Below are positions 27,392 through 36,297 of a stretch of 43,206 nucleotides of DNA, piece after piece; position 1 is the first letter of the stretch; each line of letters starts with the position of its first letter. The stretch is taken from the NCBI GenBank assembly GCA_947647695.1, contig CANSLL010000001.1:1-43206 (forward strand). The letters run 5' to 3'. This DNA is from an uncultured Clostridia bacterium (GTDB lineage Bacteria; Bacillota; Clostridia; Oscillospirales; Oscillospiraceae). A program made the position numbers and the translations under genes. The notes beneath the pieces are model-generated. The model was not told the origin of the DNA, ran no database searches, and worked only from the letters and a program-made list of their open reading frames with translations.

Positions 27392-27866
27392 GGCGGCGGC
27401 CTCCTTCTGCCCTGCGGCGGATCAAAATAAATTCCCACTTGTAGTTTATTATTTTAACCCATCTGCACCAAAAATGAAAGAGTTTTTTCGTCTTCCAGCC
27501 AAGTTTTTGTAAAAAAATTTTCAAAAGCCGTACCGGATAGGCGCACAGTGCCAAAAAAGCCGCCGCCACATCGATCCAAAAGTCCCACAGCGGACGCAGC
27601 GGCGCGCTGAACAGCCAGAAATAAGCCGCCGCCCCCAGCACAACGGCCAGCAGCAGATAGATGCGCACCTCCCCGCCCGCTGGATGCAGCGTATAGGCCA
27701 GCACGCCCCCCGCCGCGCACAGGCAGAACAGCAGGTCGCACAGGACCAGCAGGCGCGGCAGGCGGCGACGCACCGCGGCCAGCAGATCGTAAGCCAGTCC
27801 CAGAACGAGGCCCAACAGGGCGGCTGAGGCCAGCAGCTGCATCTGTACAGGGATGTAATTTTCCAT
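27201..27866 (-). CDS. yabQ: Spore cortex biosynthesis protein YabQ
   Basis: LLGLVLGLAYDLL..R, DLLF, GGEVRIY, GAAAYF; follows yabP; basic tail overlaps divIC. Confidence 0.8.
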   Translation of the reverse strand: MENYIPVQMQLLASAALLGLVLGLAYDLLAAVRRRLPRLLVLCDLLFCLCAAGGVLAYTLHPAGGEVRIYLLLAVVLGAAAYFWLFSAPLRPLWDFWIDVAAAFLALCAYPVRLLKIFLQKLGWKTKKLFHFWCRWVKIINYKWEFILIRRRAEGGRRRGVRKNQSRKTRLRGRGHTGKARPCRSGGVRGRHAVSVTRSDPGGKGERDLPRRPGPGTDGSK

Positions 27867-27872
27867 CTTCCC

Positions 27873-28157
27873 TTACCCGAACAGACGCGCCAGCAGTCCG
27901 CCGCTGCGTCCGCCGTCGTCCTCGTATTGCAGCGCGTCGATATGGCCGTCCACATGGAGCTCGCCGCCCTCCAGACTCAGCTTGCCGATATGCAGGCCGC
28001 TGCCGGTCACCACCAGCGTCCCGGCGGCGGTGCGCATGACGATCCCCGTCTCGTCGAACCGGTCCACGTCCTCCACGCCCGCCACCGTCAGCTGCTCCCT
28101 GCCCTCCATATGGATGTAGTGGTGCATGGCGCCGTAATTCGTCTCCTCGTATGCCAT
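27873..28157 (-). CDS. yabP: Sporulation protein YabP
   Basis: H.I.MEGREQLTVAGVEDVDRFDE..T..GTL.V.G.GLHIGKLSLE.G...V.G.I....Y; GLLARLFG. Confidence 0.9.
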   Translation of the reverse strand: MAYEETNYGAMHHYIHMEGREQLTVAGVEDVDRFDETGIVMRTAAGTLVVTGSGLHIGKLSLEGGELHVDGHIDALQYEDDGGRSGGLLARLFG

Positions 28158-28192
28158 TGAAAAATCCCTCCATAAACCCGTCGTTCACTTCG

Positions 28193-28221
28193 AGTTTATG
28201 AAGGGATCTCCTTCTTTATGA
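28193..28221 (-). promoter_or_regulatory. sigma-E-like sporulation promoter for yabP-yabQ
   Basis: Minus strand TCATAAA-N14-CATAAACT; yabPQ is sigma-E dependent in Bacillus subtilis. Confidence 0.7.
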
Positions 28222-28222
28222 A

Positions 28223-28471
28223 TCAATCTCCCGCGATCTCTCGGTACATGGCCGGCGCGTCGGCCTTGGCGGCGGTCTCGTTCACCGCCAGCACCTCCAC
28301 CGTCACTGTCCGCTCGCCGAAGCGGATGGCGATGCGGTCGCCCACCTTGACGTCGTAGGACGCCCGCTGGGGCCGTCCGTTGACCGACACGCGCTCGTTG
28401 TCGCACGCCTCGTTGGCCACGGTGCGGCGCTTGATCAGCCGGGAGACCTTCAGATATTTATCCAGCCGCAT
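28223..28471 (-). CDS. yabO: S4 RNA-binding protein YabO/RqcP
   Basis: MRLDKYLKVSRLIKRRTVANEACD..RV.VNG. Confidence 0.93.
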   Translation of the reverse strand: MRLDKYLKVSRLIKRRTVANEACDNERVSVNGRPQRASYDVKVGDRIAIRFGERTVTVEVLAVNETAAKADAPAMYREIAGD

Positions 28472-28480
28472 GGCGCCGCC

Positions 28481-28756
28481 TTACGGATTCAGGCTGTCCT
28501 TGAGCGCCTTGCTGGGCTTGAACACCGGCATCTGGGATGCGGGGATGTCGATGGCTTCCTTCGTCTTGGGATTGCGGCCGATGCGGGCGGCGCGCTGCTT
28601 GACCTCAAAGGAGCCGAAGCCCACCAGCTGCACCTTTTCGTTCTCCTCCAGCGCCTTGGTGATCACCTCGATGGCCGCGTTCAGTGTCGATTCGGTATCC
28701 TTCTTGGAAAAACCGGTCTTCTCCGCAGTATAACTGATCAGTTCCTGCTTATTCAT
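28481..28756 (-). CDS. hup: DNA-binding protein HU
   Basis: MNKQELI..VQLVGFGSFEVKQRAARIGRNPKT..PVFKPSKALKD; start at ATG28756. Confidence 0.95.
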   Translation of the reverse strand: MNKQELISYTAEKTGFSKKDTESTLNAAIEVITKALEENEKVQLVGFGSFEVKQRAARIGRNPKTKEAIDIPASQMPVFKPSKALKDSLNP

Positions 28757-29570
28757 TGTCTTTGTCCTCCTGTACATTGTGTTCTGTTTCCTTTGCCTCA
28801 TTCCATGCCAGGATCATTTCCTCCAGAGACAGCCGGTCCAGGGACCGGCCCTGTTCCAGCGCCGTCTGCTCCACATGGGAAAAGCGGGAGATGTACTTCT
28901 CACAGGCCGCGTGCAGCGCCGCCTCCGGGTCGACGCCGGCATACCGCGCGGCGTTCACCGCGGCGAACAGCACGTCGCCCACCTCTTCAAACACATCCCC
29001 CGCGCCGGCCATGGCCGATTGCAGCTCCTGCTGCTCTTCGCCGAGCTTTGCCAGCGCACCGGCGGCGTCCGGCCAGGCAAAGCCTGCGCGCGCCGCCTTC
29101 TTCTGGAGCTTTTCCGCCCGCCACAGGGCAGGCAGCGTCCGCGCCACGGCGTTCAGGGTGTCGGTATACGTCTCCTGCCCCTTTTCCGTTTGCTTGAGGG
29201 TCTCCCAGTTCGCCAGCACCTGTCCCACGTCCTGGGCGTGCTCCGTGCCGAACACATGGGGATGGCGGTAGATCATCTTCTGACAGATGCCGTCCGCCAC
29301 AGCGTCCAGATCAAACGCGCCCTCGTCCTCAGCCAAAGACGCATGGAACACCACCTGGAGCAGCACGTCGCCCAATTCCTCCCGCAGCAGGGCGCTGTCT
29401 TCCCGGTCAATGGCCTCCAATACCTCGCAGGCCTCTTCCAGCATACAGCGGCGCAACGACGCGTGGGTCTGCTCCCTGTCCCAGGGGCAGCCGCCCGGGT
29501 GGCGCAGGATCGCCACGATTTTTGAAAGGTCCTCAAACGTATAATGATCCCGGAATTCAAAATCTACCAT
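28749..29570 (-). CDS. mazG: Nucleoside triphosphate pyrophosphohydrolase MazG (YabN-like, without the methylase domain)
   Basis: LRHPGGCPWDREQTH.SL, EELGDVLLQVVFH, KMIYRHPHVFG, EEVGDVLFA; start at ATG29570 (track start overlaps yabM). Confidence 0.92.
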   Translation of the reverse strand: MVDFEFRDHYTFEDLSKIVAILRHPGGCPWDREQTHASLRRCMLEEACEVLEAIDREDSALLREELGDVLLQVVFHASLAEDEGAFDLDAVADGICQKMIYRHPHVFGTEHAQDVGQVLANWETLKQTEKGQETYTDTLNAVARTLPALWRAEKLQKKAARAGFAWPDAAGALAKLGEEQQELQSAMAGAGDVFEEVGDVLFAAVNAARYAGVDPEAALHAACEKYISRFSHVEQTALEQGRSLDRLSLEEMILAWNEAKETEHNVQEDKDNE

Positions 29571-29677
29571 AAATCTTCTCTCTTTGCAAATAATTTTTTC
29601 CGCCGCGGCCCCATTTATGCGGCCGCGGCGGGCTGTTTTTCTACGAAACCGCTCCCTTTCCAACGGCTTTTTCCCAT

Positions 29678-31306
29678 TTACCGGTCGATATGGAGCCATT
29701 TCGCAATTTTTTCTCCCTTTGGCAAAAGAAGCAGATCCTGACGCGTAATCATGCGCAAAGCGAGGGCCAGCACGCCGTAAACTACCACAGCCAGCAGGAT
29801 TGCCGCCAGCACGGAGAGCTTCGGCGAAAGGCCCAGCGGCCCGGCCAGCAGATTGAAGCTGTAATAGGCCGACAGGCCCATCAAGGCCGTCGCCAGCGCC
29901 GGTTTGAAAAAGAGCTTTCCATAACGCGGCCGGTGCTTGCCCAGCACCCATGCCACAGCGATCATATTCAGCGCCGCGATGACCACATACCCCGACAGCG
30001 TGCTGATGGGCGCGCCCTTGACGCCGATCTCCGGCTGGCCGCAGAGGGTCCAGGCCACGGCCACGTTAACGATGCCGCCGGCAACGGCGGTAAAGATCGG
30101 GATATCCACCCGTCCGCAGGCCTGCAAAATCCCGTTGGTCAGCATCATCAAACAGGTAAAGATTACGGCGATGCCCAGGACCTGCAAATGATAGGCCGCC
30201 GCCGCGGCCGTCTCCGGCACACTGGGGTACAGCAGCTGCAAGATCGGGCCCGCCAGCACGGACAGTCCCACCCCCGCCGGCAGGGCCAGCAGGGCCACCA
30301 GGCGAAAGGACGCCGAGATCAGATGGTTCGCCCGCTCGTGATTGTGCTGGGTCAGGGCCGCGGTGACCGCGGGGATCAGGCTCACCGTAATGGGCGGGAC
30401 AAAGGTGACGGGCAGGTTAAACAGCGTCAGGCCGAAGGTATACTGGCCGTACAGCTCCGTCGCCGCCTTCTCCACCTGGCTCAAAGCCATACCCCCCGCC
30501 GCAAGCACCTCCTGAAGCCGCCCGGTCACAACGATCTGGTTCGTGACCGTGATGATGCTCATGACGCTGGCCCCCAGGGTGATGGGCACGCCGGTCATCA
30601 GCAGCTTTTTGAGGATCGCCCGCCGCCCCTCCGGCACATCGTGGGACACGGTCCGCGTCCGGTGGCGCGCCAGCCAGGCCACCAGGAACAGCACCGCCGC
30701 AGCCGCGCCGATGGTCACGCCGAAAATGGCCGCAGCCGCGCCGATCTCCACGCTGACGGAGAGCTTGCGCAGCACATACCAGCTCAGCCCCAGGCCGATG
30801 ACGAGCTTGCACAGCGCCTCTAAGATCTGGGACGCCGCCGTGGGCACCATATTGCCCAGGCCCTGGGTATAGCCCCGGCAGCAGCCGATCAGGCAGACGA
30901 AAAACACCGCCGGCGCCAGCACCCGGATGGGATAATAGGCCAGGGAGTCGTTCAGCAGCGACGCCAGGGGCGCGGCGCAGAAAAACATGACCGCCGCGCC
31001 GGCGGCGCCCAGGCCGAAAAACAACATGGCCGCCACGCGGAACTGCCGCCGCACCTGGTTGTACCGCCCCAGGGTCCCCGCCTCGCTGGTCAGCTTGCTC
31101 AACGCCAGGGGAAAGCCCGCCGTTGATAGCTGAAGCAGGAAATTATACACGTTATAGGCGATGTTGAAATGGCCCATCCCCTCGTCGTCCAGGATATTGC
31201 CCAGGGGGATCTTGTACAGGGCGGAGATGAGCTTGACCGCCACCACCGCCGCGGCCAGAACGGCTACGCCGCCGAGGAAATTTTGTTTTTGCGCGATTTT
31301 TGCCAT
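29678..31306 (-). CDS. yabM: MurJ/SpoVB-family polysaccharide flippase YabM
   Basis: KLISALYKIPL, STAGFPLALSK, RGYTQG..MVPTA.SQILE; about 14 TM; synteny. Confidence 0.88.
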   Translation of the reverse strand: MAKIAQKQNFLGGVAVLAAAVVAVKLISALYKIPLGNILDDEGMGHFNIAYNVYNFLLQLSTAGFPLALSKLTSEAGTLGRYNQVRRQFRVAAMLFFGLGAAGAAVMFFCAAPLASLLNDSLAYYPIRVLAPAVFFVCLIGCCRGYTQGLGNMVPTAASQILEALCKLVIGLGLSWYVLRKLSVSVEIGAAAAIFGVTIGAAAAVLFLVAWLARHRTRTVSHDVPEGRRAILKKLLMTGVPITLGASVMSIITVTNQIVVTGRLQEVLAAGGMALSQVEKAATELYGQYTFGLTLFNLPVTFVPPITVSLIPAVTAALTQHNHERANHLISASFRLVALLALPAGVGLSVLAGPILQLLYPSVPETAAAAAYHLQVLGIAVIFTCLMMLTNGILQACGRVDIPIFTAVAGGIVNVAVAWTLCGQPEIGVKGAPISTLSGYVVIAALNMIAVAWVLGKHRPRYGKLFFKPALATALMGLSAYYSFNLLAGPLGLSPKLSVLAAILLAVVVYGVLALALRMITRQDLLLLPKGEKIAKWLHIDR

Positions 31307-31328
31307 GGAGTTTTAGTCCTTTCCCGCC

Positions 31329-32624
31329 TCAGCGGAACAATTTGGGGATGGCGTACCGGGCGACCTCCCGCCGGATCTGCTCGATGTCCAGCGTCAGGTA
31401 CTCCCCATTTTCATATATGATATTGCCCCGCGCCATATTCATGCACACGTTGCCCGCGTGGGCGGCATAGATCAGGTTCGCCTCCACGTCGTGGCAGGGC
31501 GTCAGGTTCGGGCTGGTGAAATCGATCAGGATCAGGTCTGCCGCCGCGCCCACTTCCACCACGCCGGCGTGACGGCCCTGGGCCTGCGCGCCGCTGGCCG
31601 TGGCCATTTTCAGCACGGCTTCGTCGGACAGGGACATGGGGTTCAGGTTGGTGACCTTGGACAGCAGGGACGCCAGCTTCATCTCCTCAAACATGCTGTG
31701 GTTGTCGTTGGAGCTCATGCCGTCGGTGCCCAGGGCGACCTTCACGCCGCTGCGGAGCATCTCCGCCACCGGCGCGGCTCCCGAGGCCAGCTTCATATTG
31801 GACGCGGGGTTATGCACCACGGTGACGCCATGGCGCTTGAAAATCTCCCAATCCTCCCGGGTGGACCAGACGCAGTGAGCGGCGATGGCCGGGGTATCCC
31901 ACAGGCCGTAGCGCTCAAAGACGGCGGCGGGCGTCATGCCGTGGCGGGCGATGCACGCCTCCTGCTCCCCCTTTGTCTCGGACAGATGGACGTGCATCTG
32001 TAAGCCCCGTTTCCGGGCAAAATCCGCCATCCAGGTCCAGAGCTTGGGATTGGAGGTGTATTCGCCATGGACGCAGGCGTCGATTCTGATCTGGCCGTCG
32101 TTGTAATTGTGCCACTGCTCCGCCAGGGCCCGCGTCTCCACGCAGGCCTGGTAGGTATTGGGGTCAAAATCCTCGGTAAACACCGTCACGCCCCGGGCGA
32201 TATTGGCGCTGATGCCGCTTTTGACCACCTCGCCGATGATATCGTCGCAGAAATAGTACATATCCGACACCGACGTGATGCCGCATGAGATGGCCTCCGC
32301 CAGCGCCAGGGCCGTACCGGCTTTGACGGCGCGGCTGTCCAATTTGGCCTCCACCGGGAAGATGTAATCGTTGAGCCAGGTCTGGAGATCGTGGCCTCCG
32401 GCGTAGCCCCGCATCAGGGACATGGTCAAATGGGTATGGGCGTCCACAAAGCCGGGCATCAGCACTTTGCCCGTGCCGTTGACCTCCCGGTCCGCCCGCT
32501 CCTGGGGACGGATGGGGCCGACATAGGCGATCTCTTTGCCCTTGACCAGCACATAGGCGTCCTCCAAGATCGTGTTCGCCGCATTCATACAAACCACGGT
32601 CACATGGGAAAACAACGTATTCAT
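31329..32624 (-). CDS. mtaD: 5'-methylthioadenosine/SAH deaminase-like amidohydrolase
   Basis: PGFVDAHTH..MSLMRG..DLQTWL, HVHLSET, AAHCV, HNPASNMKLASG, LGTDG..SN; adjacent to PNP. Confidence 0.8.
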   Translation of the reverse strand: MNTLFSHVTVVCMNAANTILEDAYVLVKGKEIAYVGPIRPQERADREVNGTGKVLMPGFVDAHTHLTMSLMRGYAGGHDLQTWLNDYIFPVEAKLDSRAVKAGTALALAEAISCGITSVSDMYYFCDDIIGEVVKSGISANIARGVTVFTEDFDPNTYQACVETRALAEQWHNYNDGQIRIDACVHGEYTSNPKLWTWMADFARKRGLQMHVHLSETKGEQEACIARHGMTPAAVFERYGLWDTPAIAAHCVWSTREDWEIFKRHGVTVVHNPASNMKLASGAAPVAEMLRSGVKVALGTDGMSSNDNHSMFEEMKLASLLSKVTNLNPMSLSDEAVLKMATASGAQAQGRHAGVVEVGAAADLILIDFTSPNLTPCHDVEANLIYAAHAGNVCMNMARGNIIYENGEYLTLDIEQIRREVARYAIPKLFR

Positions 32625-32666
32625 ACTCTGTTTTACCTTCTTTCTGTCACACGGCCGCCGGGGCGG

Positions 32667-33623
32667 TCACATTTTTTCCAGGCATCCGCACACCAAGGCC
32701 GAAAAACGATCCCGCGCCTTTTCCGCGGCCTCCAGCACCTCCTGCTCATCCAGGGGCCAGTCCAGGATGCCCGCGGCCATATTGGCGCACAGGGAAAAAC
32801 CCAGCACCTTCATCCCGCAGTGGTTCGCGGCAATGACCTCCGGCACCGTGCTCATGCCCACCGCGTCCGCGCCCAGCACCCGGGCGGCGCGCACCTCCGC
32901 GGGCGTCTCAAACTGGGGGCCGGGGAAGAACATGTACACGCCCTCGCGCAGCGGGATGTCCAGCTCCCGGGCCGCATCCCAGGCGATCTCCTGGAACGCC
33001 CCGTCGTAGGCGTGGGTCATATCGGGAAAGCGCACGCCGAACTCCGGCACGTTCGGCCCCGTGAGGGGGCTGCCGCCGGTGAGCTTGATGTGGTCGGTGA
33101 TCAGCATGATGTCGCCGGGGGAGAACTCCTTGCAGACCGCGCCCGCGGCATTGGTGACGATCATCTTGTCCGCTCCCAACAGGCGCACGACGCGCACCGC
33201 ATAGGCCACCTCCCGCATGGTGTAGCCCTCGTAGGTGTGCATCCTGCCCTGCATGATGGCGACGTTTTTGCCCCGCAGCACGCCGAAGACGAGCCGGCCC
33301 CGGTGGCCGGGGGCTGTGGAATGCTGGAAATAGGGGATGTCCTCGTAATCGACCCAGACCGGGTCCTCCACCAGGTCGCCCAAAAAGCCAAGGCCCGAGC
33401 CGAGGATCATCAGCACCTCCGGCTGGAAGTCCCCGATCTCCTCGCGTAAAAACTCCGCGCTGACGCAGCAGTCCTCATACACGCCGTCCTTGGTGATCGA
33501 AACATTAAAATTCTCCCGCACGGTCTCCGCCGCCGCGGCAGCCGCGCGGCCCACTTGCTTCGCGCCGGTCTCCGCCGCCTCCCGCAGCGTGTCCAGCCTC
33601 CTCCAGAACTCCTTGTCGTTCAT
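32667..33623 (-). CDS. punA: Purine nucleoside phosphorylase (trimeric type) with an N-terminal extension
   Basis: ILGSGLG, GHRGRL, QGRMHTYEGY, TNAAG, GPQFETPAE, VGMSTVPE, NMAAG. Confidence 0.92.
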   Translation of the reverse strand: MNDKEFWRRLDTLREAAETGAKQVGRAAAAAAETVRENFNVSITKDGVYEDCCVSAEFLREEIGDFQPEVLMILGSGLGFLGDLVEDPVWVDYEDIPYFQHSTAPGHRGRLVFGVLRGKNVAIMQGRMHTYEGYTMREVAYAVRVVRLLGADKMIVTNAAGAVCKEFSPGDIMLITDHIKLTGGSPLTGPNVPEFGVRFPDMTHAYDGAFQEIAWDAARELDIPLREGVYMFFPGPQFETPAEVRAARVLGADAVGMSTVPEVIAANHCGMKVLGFSLCANMAAGILDWPLDEQEVLEAAEKARDRFSALVCGCLEKM

Positions 33624-35137
33624 GCCTTCGCGCTCCTTTCCGCGCCGCCGCAGGATGCCAGCAGCGCTCGTTCAAATTCCGTAAACTGTGCCCGGTTTGT
33701 CTCAAATTTTTCCGTCTTTTCCAGATATTCCTTGGCGTATTTGCAGTTATAATACCGCTCGATCCGCCCCGTGCGGGGGTCCACCAGCTTCGTGGAGCCG
33801 CCCGCCCCCAAAGACAGGATCGTGTGCAGCTCTTCCATGATATAGATATTATACAGCCCCTCGGCCCCCGGCTTGCTCCAGCCCACGTTTTCAAAGCTGC
33901 CGGACATGTATTTTTGCCGGTAGAGGTAGTAGGGCGCATACCCCGCCGCGCTCAACGTGCGGTTGGCATAGTCCAGCATCTCCCCCACCTCCGCCGCGCC
34001 GGGGACGCTCAGACCCTCCAGCATCACGCGGGAGCCCTTTTTCAGCGCCAGGGTATGGACGGTCAGGTTGTCCGGCCCCAGGGCAAGGCAGTGGTCCAAC
34101 GTGCGTCGGAAGCCCTCCGGGGTATCCTCGGGCAGGCCGGCGATCAGGTCCATGTTGATATGGGGGATGCCCGAGGCCCGGGCCAGCTCCATGGCGTGGA
34201 GCACCTGGCCGGGACTGTGACGCCGGCCGATGGCTTCCAGCACCTGCGCCTCCATGCTCTGGGGATTGATGCTCACCCTGGTCACACCGTGACTATGCAG
34301 AACCCGGAGCTTTTCCTCCGTGACGGTATCGGGACGCCCCGCCTCCACGGTGAACTCCGCCAGAGCGCTCAGGTCAAATTCCCCCTCCAGCGCCGCCAGC
34401 AGGCGGTCCAGCTGCTCCGCCGACAACGTGGTCGGCGTGCCGCCGCCGATGTACACCGTCCGGGGCCGCAGCCTCAGCTCCCGCACCGCCTCCCCCATCA
34501 GCGCCGCCTCATGGCACAACGTGTCGAGGTACGGCTCCATCAGACCAAAGGTCTTTTCCACCGATGAACTGACAAAGGAGCAGTAAGCACAGCGGGTGGG
34601 GCAGAAGGGAATGCCGACATACAGGGAAAACATATCCTCCTTGAGCGCCGCCTGGGCCCTTCTGCTGGCCCGGGCGGTGGACAGGCACAGCTTCACCCGG
34701 TCCGGGGCAACGAAATACGTCCGGCTCATGGCCGCCGCCGCGGCGCCCTCGCTCATGCCCCGCTCCAGCATCTGGGTGACCAGGCGGGCAGGGCGGACGC
34801 CGGTCAAGGCGCCCCAGGCGGGAAACTCCCCGGTAACGGACACCGCCGCCTTAAAAAAGCTCAGCTTGACGATGCGCTGGCACACCCGGTCCCGGGAAAA
34901 GGTGTCCCGCTCCAGGTCCATGCGCAGCGCGCGGCTGCGGCCCACGGCGCACTTTCCGTCCCGGCGCAGCCGCGTCACCGCCGTGGCCCAGACGGGGCCG
35001 ACGGACAGGGTCATCACGGCGCTGTTCCCGTCCGCCGCGCCCACCGGCCCGAACTCCGGCCTGTCGCCGGGGAAGAGTACGGTCATGATCTGCTCGGCGG
35101 CGTACCGGTAGGCATGGCCTTTCAGCTGGAGCTTCAT
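33620..35137 (-). CDS. hemZ: Radical SAM HemN-like protein HemZ
   Basis: WGALTGVRP, YVGIPFCPTRCAYC, YIGGGTPT, TVEAGRPD, PYYLYRQK; ATGA overlap with the upstream gene. Confidence 0.92.
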   Translation of the reverse strand: MKLQLKGHAYRYAAEQIMTVLFPGDRPEFGPVGAADGNSAVMTLSVGPVWATAVTRLRRDGKCAVGRSRALRMDLERDTFSRDRVCQRIVKLSFFKAAVSVTGEFPAWGALTGVRPARLVTQMLERGMSEGAAAAAMSRTYFVAPDRVKLCLSTARASRRAQAALKEDMFSLYVGIPFCPTRCAYCSFVSSSVEKTFGLMEPYLDTLCHEAALMGEAVRELRLRPRTVYIGGGTPTTLSAEQLDRLLAALEGEFDLSALAEFTVEAGRPDTVTEEKLRVLHSHGVTRVSINPQSMEAQVLEAIGRRHSPGQVLHAMELARASGIPHINMDLIAGLPEDTPEGFRRTLDHCLALGPDNLTVHTLALKKGSRVMLEGLSVPGAAEVGEMLDYANRTLSAAGYAPYYLYRQKYMSGSFENVGWSKPGAEGLYNIYIMEELHTILSLGAGGSTKLVDPRTGRIERYYNCKYAKEYLEKTEKFETNRAQFTEFERALLASCGGAERSAKA

Positions 35138-35757
35138 GCCTGGCCCAGCTGAAGGGCGGAACGGACATAGGGATTGCCCTGGCGTTCGTTTTCCAGGGTG
35201 GACGTCCACTCATGGCCGGGATAGATGCGGTAATCCCCCGGCAGGGATGCCAGGCGGCGCAAACTGGCGCACATGGCGCCCCAGTCGCCGCCGGGAAAAT
35301 CCACACGGCCGCAGGACCCGGCAAAGAGGGTGTCGCCGGTGAACAGCGCGTCCTTTGTCTGGAACACCACGCTGCCCGGCGTATGGCCCGGCGTCTCCAG
35401 CACGGTGAACACGATGCCGCCCACGGCGACGGTGTCCCCCTCCTTGATGTAATGCACATTGCCCGAGGGCATACACTGGTAAAACGCCGGCTGTCCCCTT
35501 TCGCAGACGTCCTCCCGGTGCACATACACCGGAACCGAAGGATACGCCGCCGTCAGCTCCGGCAGGGCGGTCGTATGGTCGTAGTGGCCGTGGGTGAGCA
35601 GGATGGCGCTGAGAGAATAGCCGGTCTTTTCCCATTCCTCGATCAGCCGCGCCCCGTCGTCGCCGGGGTCGATGATGCAGCCCCGTTTCGTCTCTCCATC
35701 CAGTACGAAATAGCAATTCGTACCGATCTCGCCCACCTGGTAGCTTTTGATTTCCAT
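35134..35757 (-). CDS. MBL-fold metallohydrolase (glyoxalase II-like)
   Basis: TNCY, IIDPG, THGHYDH, TPGHT.GS, FTGDTLF, YPGH; RBS AAGGAGG before ATG35757. Confidence 0.93.
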   Translation of the reverse strand: MEIKSYQVGEIGTNCYFVLDGETKRGCIIDPGDDGARLIEEWEKTGYSLSAILLTHGHYDHTTALPELTAAYPSVPVYVHREDVCERGQPAFYQCMPSGNVHYIKEGDTVAVGGIVFTVLETPGHTPGSVVFQTKDALFTGDTLFAGSCGRVDFPGGDWGAMCASLRRLASLPGDYRIYPGHEWTSTLENERQGNPYVRSALQLGQA

Positions 35758-35780
35758 AGAAAAACCTCCTTCGTTTCCGG

Positions 35781-36224
35781 TCATTTTCCTTCCGTGTCAA
35801 ACAAAATCGTCACCGGCCCGTCGTTGACCGAGGCCACCTCCATCTCCGCGCCGAATTCCCCGCAGGCCACGGGAAAGCCCAGGCCGCAGCACGTCTCCAA
35901 AAAGCGCTCGTACAGGGGGATCGCCGTCTCCGGCTTCGCCGCCCCCGTAAAGCCGGGACGGCGGGACTTCGTGTCCGCATACAGCGTGAACTGGGACACC
36001 ACCAGCAGGCTGCCGCCCACTGCGGAAAGGTCCAGATTCATTTTGCCGTTTTCGTCGGAAAAGACCCGCAGGCGGCAGATCTTTTCCGCTAACTTCACCG
36101 CCGTCTCCTCCGTGTCCGCCGGACCGACGCCCAGCAAGACAAGGAAGCCCTGCCCAATGGCGCCCCTGACGGTCCCGTCAATGGCGACCGATGCCGAGGA
36201 GACCCGTGTGACCACCGCGCGCAT
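35781..36224 (-). CDS. dtd: D-aminoacyl-tRNA deacylase
   Basis: [27 protein letters not shown]. Confidence 0.96.
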   Translation of the reverse strand: MRAVVTRVSSASVAIDGTVRGAIGQGFLVLLGVGPADTEETAVKLAEKICRLRVFSDENGKMNLDLSAVGGSLLVVSQFTLYADTKSRRPGFTGAAKPETAIPLYERFLETCCGLGFPVACGEFGAEMEVASVNDGPVTILFDTEGK

Positions 36225-36297
36225 GGCGGCCCCTCCTTTCAAGCTCCGTTTTCTCAAAACGAATTGTTGTATTTTGTCGTTTCTTGCCGAATCGTTA

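Noticed and set aside
28749-29951. Extended track starts for mazG, and likewise for hemZ (35209), the orphan gene (9888), marR (67), cobW (40938) and the last ORF (42035)
   Set aside because: They overlap neighbouring genes or promoters; downstream starts have an RBS or match family N-termini
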